DNA of 63,776 bases, counting the filler, from Candidatus Ancaeobacter aquaticus (GTDB taxonomy: Bacteria > Auribacterota > Ancaeobacteria > Ancaeobacterales > Ancaeobacteraceae): the NCBI GenBank assembly GCA_030765405.1. It is 5 parts of 5 records of this genome, joined end to end, with 100 filler letters (N's around TTAATTAATTAA, not from the genome) between each part and the next. Parts side by side here need not be neighbours in the genome. Positions count along the whole stretch, not along the records: positions 37,199 to 51,959 come from JAVCCP010000047.1; positions 52,060 to 60,673 come from JAVCCP010000071.1; 3 more parts are not named here. One strand, given 5' to 3'. Shown here one piece after another: positions 48,197 to 58,100 of this stretch. The position numbers were made by a program, and so were the translations under genes. The notes under the pieces were generated by a model. That model saw only the letters and a program-made list of their open reading frames with translations. It had not been told where the DNA came from and did not search any database. Each line of letters begins with the position of its first letter. Position 1 is the first letter of the stretch.

Positions 48197-49321
48197 ATGT
48201 TTAATCTCTCAAAAGAAGACATCGAAAAAATTGATCATATGTTTAATGAAGTACAAAACGCCTCAAAAACCTTTATGGGCTATCCATGCAATCAGGATTT
48301 TGATTATGACCGCCTCTTTCCTTTCCTTGAATACACGGTAAATAATATAGGCGACCCTTATATCCCGACACATTATCGTCTCAACTCGCATACTCTCGAA
48401 CGTGAAGTGTTAGATTTTTTTGCAGGACTTATGCACGCAGATAAAGATAATTTCTGGGGATATGTCACTAATGGCGGAACAGAAGGAAATATGTATGGGC
48501 TCTACCTTGCACGTGAACTATATCCCGAGGGTATTGTATATCACTCTCAAGATGTGCATTATAGCATTACAAAAAGTTTTCGAGTTCTCAGAATGAAAAA
48601 TATCATGATCCGTTCACAAAAAAATGGTGAAATTGATTACGATGACCTTAAAGAAACAATACACATCAGAAGAGAAGTTCCTCCCATTTTTCTATTAACG
48701 ATCGGTACCACCATGAGAGCGGCTATCGATAACGTCGGTAAAATAAGATCAATGATGGAAGAATTGGCTATCACAGAATATTACATCCATTGTGATGCCG
48801 CTTTAAGCGGTATGATACTTCCCTTTATTGATAATGCCACACCATTTGATTTTGCTGCAGGTGCAGACAGCATTTCAGTAAGCGGACACAAATTCATAGG
48901 ATGCCCAATACCATGCGGTGTCGTACTGGCAAAAAAGAAAAATGTCGATAAGATCTCAAAGTTTGTTGAATATGTCGGGACGCTTGATACAACGCTTACC
49001 GGTTCTCGTAACGGAATAAGCCCTATATTTCTATGGTATGCAATTAAAAATATAGGGGTAGATGGTTTTAAGAAAAAGGTTTCAGATTGCCTTGAGCGTG
49101 CAGACTATGCATTAGCTGAACTCAATAAGCTCGGATGCAACGCATGGAAAAATGACTTTGCAACAACCGTCGTTTTTGATCGACCATCACAAGATATTAT
49201 AAACAAGTGGCAGCTGGCACCCCAGGGAGATATTTCTCATATTATCATTATGCCGAGTGTCACAAAAGAAATGATTGATGAATTTCTTGATGATATAAAG
49301 AATGCTAAAAACAAAGGCTAA
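48197..49321 (+). CDS. hdc: PLP-dependent histidine decarboxylase family (group II)
   Basis: GYP.NQDF, NNIGDP, WGYVTNGGTEGN, HCDAAL, SVSGHKFIG; substrate could also be serine (plant SDC clade). Confidence 0.8.
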   Translation: MFNLSKEDIEKIDHMFNEVQNASKTFMGYPCNQDFDYDRLFPFLEYTVNNIGDPYIPTHYRLNSHTLEREVLDFFAGLMHADKDNFWGYVTNGGTEGNMYGLYLARELYPEGIVYHSQDVHYSITKSFRVLRMKNIMIRSQKNGEIDYDDLKETIHIRREVPPIFLLTIGTTMRAAIDNVGKIRSMMEELAITEYYIHCDAALSGMILPFIDNATPFDFAAGADSISVSGHKFIGCPIPCGVVLAKKKNVDKISKFVEYVGTLDTTLTGSRNGISPIFLWYAIKNIGVDGFKKKVSDCLERADYALAELNKLGCNAWKNDFATTVVFDRPSQDIINKWQLAPQGDISHIIIMPSVTKEMIDEFLDDIKNAKNKG

Positions 49322-49323
49322 AT

Positions 49324-49746
49324 ATGAACAAGATTTTTATAGTTGCTAAAAATAAAGTAGGTGTTCTTGCAACAATCACTGAACTCCTTGCTGAAAAGAA
49401 TATTAATATCGATGAGATTGATGTAGATGAATTACAATCACTCAAAGGTATGGAAGCATGCGTTATATCGGTTGATAAGTACGATCTGGCTTTGGAAACA
49501 TTGCGTAACGCCACTATGAAAGAAGGTCTTTTCAAAGCTGTACCACAGGAAAACCTTGTCCTTTTACTCACTGACAAGCCCGGTGCGCTTGCACACATAA
49601 CCAAAAAGTTTAAGGATGCAGATATTAATATTCACGGCATGCATATTCTTGAACGAGACGGAAATCATTCTCTTGTCGGGGTATCTGTTGATCACATTCT
49701 TGAAGCAAAACAGGTAATCGCTGATTGCCTTATCTTTCCGAAATAA
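49324..49746 (+). CDS. Tandem ACT-domain protein
   Basis: KNKVGVLATITELLAEKNINI and TDKPGALAHITKKFKDADINI. Confidence 0.88.
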   Translation: MNKIFIVAKNKVGVLATITELLAEKNINIDEIDVDELQSLKGMEACVISVDKYDLALETLRNATMKEGLFKAVPQENLVLLLTDKPGALAHITKKFKDADINIHGMHILERDGNHSLVGVSVDHILEAKQVIADCLIFPK

Positions 49747-49756
49747 ACAGACATAT

Positions 49757-49791
49757 CAGACTACAGACATCAGACCATAGACTACAGACCA
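49757..49791 (+). repeat. Heptamer tandem array (CAGACNN)5
   Basis: CAGACTA CAGACAT CAGACCA TAGACTA CAGACCA. Confidence 0.75.
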
Positions 49792-49846
49792 AAAAATTAA
49801 AATCAAAAAAAACAAAACAAAGCATCAAGAATTTCTGGGACTCAGC

Positions 49847-51172
49847 TTATACTTTTAATTGCGGGACTTGACTCATAGGTGTTTCAGGTTTATCAACTTT
49901 TTTCTTCCTTTTATCCGCTAACACAGCTGCCGCACAATTTGCCTGAATTTCTGTAACAGTAAGGATAGGATCTGTAATGGGACTCACAGCAAACAAAAAT
50001 ATTGCTGCCGCTCCTGTAGGAATTCCTAACGGCCCTAATATAAATGCTATCATACCGATTGAACCCGCACCGGGAACCTCTGGTGTTATCATCGCAGTCA
50101 AAACAGCACCAACAAGGATCATAAAATAGCCTTCAAAACCAAGATGGACATTATATATCTGAGCAACAAAAATTGATGCAAGAGCAAAGTAAAGCGCCGT
50201 ACCCTGCGGATTAAGATTTACACCAAGTGGCATAATAAAATTTGCCGTACCTTTTTTTACTCCCAGATTACGATTAAGACAGCGCAATGAAGACGGTACT
50301 GCAACATAGGTATTTGACGTACCAAATGCGATAACAAGAGTATCACGCAACGCTAAAAAAGGACTAAAAAATGATCCTTTTCTTCCGGTACGCACCCATA
50401 TTATATCGTTATAGATTAATATCACGATAAATGCCGCTATATAGAAAAAAACAACAAAAATCCCGAGTGCACTTAATATGTGATATCCAACTTGGGCGAT
50501 CTGTGACGCAAAAAGACAGCATAAGCCGAAGGGAAATATATATCTGACCCATCCGATAAGTTTTTGAAATGCATCATAAAAAGTTTCAATTACCGTTAAG
50601 GTTATATCACCTGATCGCGATCTCACAAAACCAAGCGCTAGTCCTAAAAGAATACAGAAAAAGAGTATTGAAAGATTATCTCCACGATTAACTGCCCTGA
50701 AGAAATTTGACGGGACCATGCTTTTTATGAATCCGACAATCCCCTTACCTGACTTGTCCTGCTGACCACCTGTTGATTGTATCTCGGACTGGAGTATGAC
50801 TTTTCCCAATGTTACTTGCGATTCTTCGCTGAGATCCGCTCCCGGCCGCGCAATGACACCAATAACTATGCCAATAAGACTCACCGCGAATAAACCGGTA
50901 ACGAATATCACAAGAAGCCTTCCTATATACCTCATTGTCTTACCGGACTGGATCAATCGTCCAATACTCGATATAACAGCGGTGATCAAAATAGGAATAA
51001 CAAACATCTGTAAAAGAGATAGAAATACGCTACCATACGGAGTTAACAATGCCGCAAAATCTTTAAAAAATATACCGAGTATAAATCCCAGTATAATCCC
51101 GGCATAAATTGCAAATGGTGACAATAACCATTTGCATGATAAAAATGAAAATATTATTTTTCTTGTATCCAT
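49847..51172 (-). CDS. Dicarboxylate/amino acid:cation symporter (DAACS) family, divergent
   Basis: FLSLLQMFVIP, MVPSNF, PLGVNLNPQGT, VPGAG. Confidence 0.88.
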   Translation of the reverse strand: MDTRKIIFSFLSCKWLLSPFAIYAGIILGFILGIFFKDFAALLTPYGSVFLSLLQMFVIPILITAVISSIGRLIQSGKTMRYIGRLLVIFVTGLFAVSLIGIVIGVIARPGADLSEESQVTLGKVILQSEIQSTGGQQDKSGKGIVGFIKSMVPSNFFRAVNRGDNLSILFFCILLGLALGFVRSRSGDITLTVIETFYDAFQKLIGWVRYIFPFGLCCLFASQIAQVGYHILSALGIFVVFFYIAAFIVILIYNDIIWVRTGRKGSFFSPFLALRDTLVIAFGTSNTYVAVPSSLRCLNRNLGVKKGTANFIMPLGVNLNPQGTALYFALASIFVAQIYNVHLGFEGYFMILVGAVLTAMITPEVPGAGSIGMIAFILGPLGIPTGAAAIFLFAVSPITDPILTVTEIQANCAAAVLADKRKKKVDKPETPMSQVPQLKV

Positions 51173-51832
51173 GATTGATCTTTAAAGTATTTTATAATTA
51201 ACTTGTCCATTGTTCCGTTCAAATCTTCTCGAAGCAAAAACTGATTTAACCATACAAACAACTGCACATCTTCCCAATGAACAGCCATTGATATCGGATC
51301 TTTTTTATCTTTTTGCACTTCCATATGTAGCCTAATTGATGCAATAGGTTTTGTCTTTAGCCATTGCTGGACGGCAACATCATCATAGATCAGGGCAAGT
51401 ATCTTGCCTTTAAAAACTGCATCTGCAAGCTTATTCCAGCTATCATAAAGAACAACCTGCGCTTCAGGATATTCTTCTTTTGCAAAACCAACATATGCAC
51501 TGCCGCGTACCACACCAATCATTGCATCTTTATGATTTAACAGTTTATCGAGATCGTCTCCCCGTTTCGTTTTAGCGGCAAGTAACCTGTTAATCAATAA
51601 TGTTTTATACAATGTTATATACGGATCAGTGAGTAAAAGTCTCTGCGCGCGATCCAGAGTATTGCTAAGGCATGATATTGCAATATCCGCTTTTTTCTCA
51701 AGAACTAAAGTTACTACCTCGTCATATGTTTTTGCGCTGCGATCAAGCTCTAACTCCACTCCCAACTTTGATGCTATGTCCTTGGCGATTTCTACGTCAA
51801 AACCGATAAGGTTTCCTTTTTCGTCATACATA
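51154..51832 (-). pseudogene. Amino-acid substrate-binding protein (SBP_bac_3), 5' end replaced by a repeat element
   Basis: FMYDEKGNLIGFDVEIAKDIASKLGV, KKADIAIS, GVVRGSAY; no signal peptide, and sequence upstream of 51833 belongs to the repeat. Confidence 0.75.
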
Positions 51833-51959
51833 AAGACTTCTGCGAAATGACGTTTAGCGGAATAATCGCGAGGAAACGAACTCGAAAAGAGTAAAAAGTA
51901 GAGCAAGAGAAACGGGATAGCAAACGATAGCCGAAAAAAGATACAGGTATCCTGTAAAG
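51833..51959 (+). mobile_element. End of a second multicopy IS-like element, copy A
   Basis: Exact reverse complement of 52060-52186; outer end AAGACTTCTGCGAAATGACG. Confidence 0.7.
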
Positions 51960-52059
51960 NNNNNNNNNNNNNNNNNNNNNNNNNNNNNNNNNNNNNNNNN
52001 NNNTTAATTAATTAANNNNNNNNNNNNNNNNNNNNNNNNNNNNNNNNNNNNNNNNNNNN

Positions 52060-52186
52060 CTTTACAGGATACCTGTATCTTTTTTCGGCTATCGTTTGCT
52101 ATCCCGTTTCTCTTGCTCTACTTTTTACTCTTTTCGAGTTCGTTTCCTCGCGATTATTCCGCTAAACGTCATTTCGCAGAAGTCTT
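52060..52186 (-). mobile_element. End of a second multicopy IS-like element, copy B
   Basis: 127 bp; exact reverse complement of 51833-51959, with a different flank. Confidence 0.7.
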
Positions 52187-52195
52187 ACTAGTACA

Positions 52196-55100
52196 GTGAA
52201 CACTTCCCCTCTTGAAATCGAGACACTTGCTCCTCAATCATCCTTCTCTGATAAGGACGCCGTTAAAATCAAATCAGAGCAATTACGTAATATTGTCAAG
52301 TTGACCACAAACATGTTAGAAGATCTCGCACAAGGAGAAGATCCCAAAAAAGTTATCCGTAAGTACAAAAATAGCCCTTACTGGCAAGACAGCTTTGAAG
52401 ATATGATATACATGGAAAATAGCGTTTATAATGGTGATTACGCTGAAGAGACACTCCTCATTCCCACTGGTATTGACACCTTCGTTAAGATCACTAAAGA
52501 TAACCAAGTTATTATAAACACTGCCGAAGCACGAGATACACTAACTGAAACATTAATATACTTCTCTGAGATCTCTTACCCAAACGTTTTTGATGTTGAG
52601 AGCATTGACGCCCTTTTCAAATATAATCCGGTATATGATTTTATTAGAAGGATGCATAGCAACCTCTTAAAAGGAGCCTCCCTTAAAGCAGTAATGAAAA
52701 AATATGCCGAGGAACCCGGATGGAAAGAAGAATTTGAAGATATGATATTCTGTGACAACACGCTCTATATTCCCAACCCGACTCAAAAAGCTGAATACAT
52801 CGTCACAAAACGGAATAAACAAAATGTTTTCCACAAATCAAAAGTAAGAGGAAATATACACTCCTTTTTCAAAGGTCCAATACCCCCAAAGATCAACAAC
52901 ATATTAAACAAATATGACGATTTTATTACTTTTGCCAAAAAAATCTATAATGATTTCGATGCTGGCATGCCTCATTATATGATCAAACAAAAATACAGCA
53001 ATAATCCGTTATGGTACAAAAAATATATTGAGTATCTAAAATACATTAATGGCACACTGTATATTCCATACAAAGAAAGTGCTTTAAGCTATGTAAAAAT
53101 AAACGCCCAGGGAACAACAATAATCAATAGCTCAGCGGATGAAAAAGAGATCGATGAGAACCAGTTCACTCATTCTCATACAATAAAATACCCGTTACGC
53201 ATGCTTCCACGAGATAAGATAAAAAAAATATTACTATATACTGACGATGACTGGTATCGCGGTGATTATGTTGTACAAACAATGATTATACGCAGTCTTC
53301 TTAAAATGTTTCCCCATGCACAGATAGAAGTAATCAATAAATACCCCTCATTATGGGAAGGATTTGAGAGGGTCGCTCTTCTTCCTAAAAAAACAGATTA
53401 TACAAAAAAAGAATTTGATCTTGTCATAGACCTTAAAGCCAATGGACACCGATTATACAACGCTCCGAATGTAATCCACATTGACAAAATGCGTAACAGT
53501 TTCGTCTACACGGACAATATTAAAAATGAAAGTATACCCATTAAGGGCGCTCCTATATACAGTTTTGGTATTAACGACGAAGATATGGACATATTCAATC
53601 AGAAAGATGAGCCAGAAGCAACGATGGGAAACTCATACCGCTTTTATTCTCGCCTTGCAGAAACGTTTGGGGGAGGAGAGATTGGAGACATTAAGTCAAT
53701 CCTTTCCGTGTCAAAGCAGGAAAAGAATACAATGCTCGATCTTTTGAAGAAAAGCGGCATTACCAATCCTGAAAAAAAATATATTATCATACTTAATCCA
53801 TTTTCTCGCATGGAAAAAAAGGAGCTTTCCGCAAAGACCTGGATAATGATCATTCAAAGATTACAAACAATCATTCCTCCAAACGGAGTCATAATTGTTG
53901 AGCAGGGATATACAGATAATCATAAAGAAAAAATCGATACTATAAAACACGAGATTTTCAAAACAAAAAATCTTGATAAAGACCGTGTAAAATTACTCAT
54001 ATCTCCCGATTCCGAACACAAGCAGCTTTCACTCCGTAAACTCATCGTATTGATCTCTGTATGCGATATGCTTATTGGGCCAGATACATTTAGTTCACAT
54101 GCCGCAAACGCTTTTGAAAAAGATACCATAACAGTATACACAAAGAAACTAAGGGAATATTTTAGACCTTTGGAGTTTAACGGCATATCCCCTAATTCGG
54201 TTTTCATTGAACTCACCCCGGACGAACAAGTCTTCCCTGCCGATATTATTGATGAAAATGAGCTGGAGTTTATGGCGGCGGCATTTAAGAGTTTCGGACT
54301 TATAAAAGATCGAAAGTTTAATGCTTTTTTCACAAAGAACAAAATCCCCAAAAAAACCATTGAAAACCTAAATTTTTATTTTGAACGGCTCTTCGAGTCA
54401 GTATCAGAAAAGAAATATGATGAGGCGCTTAAATTATGGCAGGATTTCGCCCTTCTTAATAATAAGGACTTCAGGCACCTCGTATCACGTATCAGAGAAC
54501 CCTACCGGACACTTTTCACGGAAGAAATCAACATGCTCCCTCATTACATTGTTCGTAAGGACCCAGCAAACCCGGGTATAGCAGGCTATCTACTCGCATC
54601 AAATCTGTATAAATTTGTATCCCAGATTAATGCCTATCTTGGATTTCGGATACTTTTAAAACAAAGAGTAAAAAAACGACTTGATAAATACATAATGTCA
54701 CAGAATGAACTCGGTAAAGAAGATACGGATATCGTTGGGATTAAAGGAGCTTACATCAGTGAATTAAATAAAATCGATAACGTCAACACTCCTAGAGGAT
54801 TTATAGTATCAAAGACTGCATTCAAAACATTTATGCAGCACAACAAATCTCTGGCTCAATCAATACGCAACACACTTCACACACTGGACTGCAAAAATCT
54901 CAGCAAGGTTATTACTGCCGCAACGCAAATAAAAAAACGTATTTGTGAAGCACCGCTGCCCAAAATACTTGACCAGATCATCACTGATAGTTATATCAAT
55001 CTCTGCAAAGATCTTGATCATCCTGACAATGCGCTTCCTGTTGCCGTAAGAAACTCCCTCATCTCAGAGAAACTGCCGCCCTCATCACTTGCAGGGCAAA

Positions 55101-58100
55101 TGCATACTGATTTGAACGTGATAGGTATAGATGCAGTAAAGGAATCTATTAAAGAAAGTTGGGCATCTCTTTTCACCGCAAGAAATATCCTGCAAAGAAT
55201 AGATGTCGGGTTAGATCCCATGGATGCTGAATCAAGCATCATTATTCAACAAATGATTAATAGCAAGATATCCGGAACCGGATTCAACTTTGATCTGGCC
55301 TCGGGTTGGCATGAACCAAAAAGCGGGGTTGTTTCTTTTGATGTATCATACGGACTTGGGGAAAGCATTGTAAAGGGTCTCACTAATCCCGATAGATTTC
55401 TCCTGCACTATAACTCGGAAACACAATCTTGGAACATCGTTGCCAAGAGTCCTGGCGCTAAAAAAATCGTAATTGTACCCAATGGCGAAGGAACTAAAAG
55501 CACAGCTACAGCTCCATCTCATAAAGAAAAATTCGCCATAACCGATATCCGGTCAAAAAATATAGCCGAAACGCTGTCCAGAATATCTCAATATTTTGGA
55601 AACGATATGAAAATTGAATTTGCCATAGATTCTGAAGACAGATTATGGATAACTGATGCATTCCCGGAAACTATTGCCAATCAACCTTCATATATAGTTA
55701 ACTTAAAGAAAAAAACCGTTCCTATGGATGCGGCAAGGGAAGCGCAGATAATTACTCAAGGCATTCGAGGATATGGCGCGCATACAGGTACAGCGGTCGT
55801 TATAAATGTAGACCAGATTGAATCAGAAATCATTAATAAAATTGGAAAACCAGTTAAAGAAATGAACGAGGAAGAAGAGACATTATATGAAAGTCTGCGG
55901 TTACAGAAATTAACTCGCGAACTTAAAAAGATAAAAAGAGGCAACATCCTCGTAACAAAGATGACTTCTCCGAACATGATACTTGCGCTGAGGAATGCAG
56001 GGGGCATTGTGGCTGATCTTGGGGGAACAACTTCTCATGCATCAATAGTATCACGAGAAAGAGACATCCCTACTGTCATTGGAACACAAAATGCCACACA
56101 GGTCATACGTACCGGGGATTTAATCACCGTTGATGCGAATACAGGAAAGGTGTACAAAGGGAAACTTCCCGTAATAATTGAGGGAGAAGATATTGATACC
56201 CGCAAATTACCAAAAACCAAAACAAAAGTTGGGCTCATTATCACTACTCCAAATAAAGCACGTAAAATCGCCGCGCTACAATATGCTAACTGCCATTACG
56301 GTATGAGCCTTGTCCGAGGGGAATTCATCCTCGGTGAAATAGGTATTCATCCTGAAATCCTTGAAGCATATGATTTTTTTACAAGAGCTGTAAATCAAGG
56401 TATAACTGACTATCGATCAAAAACATTCAACTCTCTGGTTAAAAACAAAGAAATGAGAAAATACGTATTAAAAATTAGAGATAATAATGCGCTTAGAAAC
56501 CACATTACAAATATGATTACAGGATATCCATCTGGAAAAGCATTTTATGTACAAAAAGTGTCCCAGGCAATAGCCGCTATTGCGGCAACAACACTCCCTG
56601 AACAACGAGTAATCTACCGGATAACAGATTATAAAACAAATGAATTTCAAAAGCTTATCGGGGGAAATGTTATCGAAGGTGAAGAAGCAAATCCTGCAAT
56701 GGGTAAACGTGGCCTTGCAAGAATGCTAGACATGAAAAACCATTCAACGTTTGCATGGGAAATGGAAGCTATAAAAAAAGCGCGTGATATGGGATATTAT
56801 AATATAGCAATTATGTTCCCCCTTGTGCGAAGACCGTCAAATCTTGAAGAAGGAATAAAACAGTTAGAACGTCATGGGCTTAAGCGTGGACAGAAAAATC
56901 TCAAAGTTGGCATGATGATAGAAACTCCTGCAAATGTTTTTCAAATAGACGAGTTTCTTGATAAAGGGCTTGACTTTGTATCGTTTGGGACTAACGACCT
57001 CACACAATTCATGCTTGGTTGTGAACGCGACAATAAAAAACTTGAGAGGCTTTTTAATGAAAGTGCGCCCTCAATAATAAAAAGTATCCTTTATGTTGCT
57101 GCTATCTGTAAAAAACGTGGTGTTGAAACAGGGTTTTGCGGCCAAATGATCGCAAATAATCCTGATACCGCAATAATGATCGCACCATTTTTAGATTCGG
57201 TGGGAGTTACTCCTGATGCATACTTTCAGACTGTACAAAACATAGCTGATTTTGAGAAAATAATATCTAAAAAGAAATCTACTTCCGCACAATCTGACAG
57301 CTATACAATACCTAAAAATGTTGGCTACCCCGAAACAGTATCAATATATGAAATCAGTGGTAACAGGTTATTCTTGAAACGGATAGAAAAACACCCGCTT
57401 TCTTTCACCGATAGGGAAAAAGAAGCATTCATTGACCTTGTCAAAGACCGCATTATTCAGCTATCACCAACAGCAGGTAAAAACGATACTCTCGTATATT
57501 CAGTTACAGATTTACCGGTAAACGCCTATCTCAGCCTTGAAAATTCTAAACTTTTCGAAACACATGAAGAGAATCCTTTAATCGGTTTTCGCGGCATGAC
57601 ACGGCATCTTGCAAATAAAAATAATGAAGCACTCTTCAGACTTGAACTCCAAGGTGTGAAAAAAGCCCGCAATAAAGGATATAATGTCGGCATATTATTA
57701 AAGATGGTGCGAACTCTGGAGGAATTAGATCAAGCGCTTGCTATTATCAAAGAGGAAGGACTGGATGATGCCCCGATTGGCTTTGATATTTCTGTTTCAG
57801 CAAATTTAATAATGATACATGAAATTCTTCAAAGAAAAATTGATTTTGTCACTGTAAATAAAACATCTCTAGCACAAAACCTTCTTGCATCAGAGATTGC
57901 AGACGATCGGTTTCTTAAAAAGGATCTACACTCTGAAAAAGTAAAGAAATCAGAACTTGCAGAACTTCTTTTAACTGCACTCGTAAAAAACCCCGAAAGC
58001 CTCATTCAGTATCTCAAAATTGAAAATGCTCTCATTAATCCACTAAAGATCGTATCTACTGCCTGTGAAACACATAAAACGAAAATGGGTTACTTGTATA

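Noticed and set aside
51833..51906. N-terminus MLYFLLFSSSFPRDYSAKRHFAEV of the 250-aa SBP ORF
   Set aside because: Derived from repeat-element sequence, not the native signal peptide.
51833..52186. Inverted repeat as an invertible element or a large hairpin
   Set aside because: The arms end at a scaffold gap and equal a typical k-mer length, which is better explained as two copies of one collapsed repeat end.
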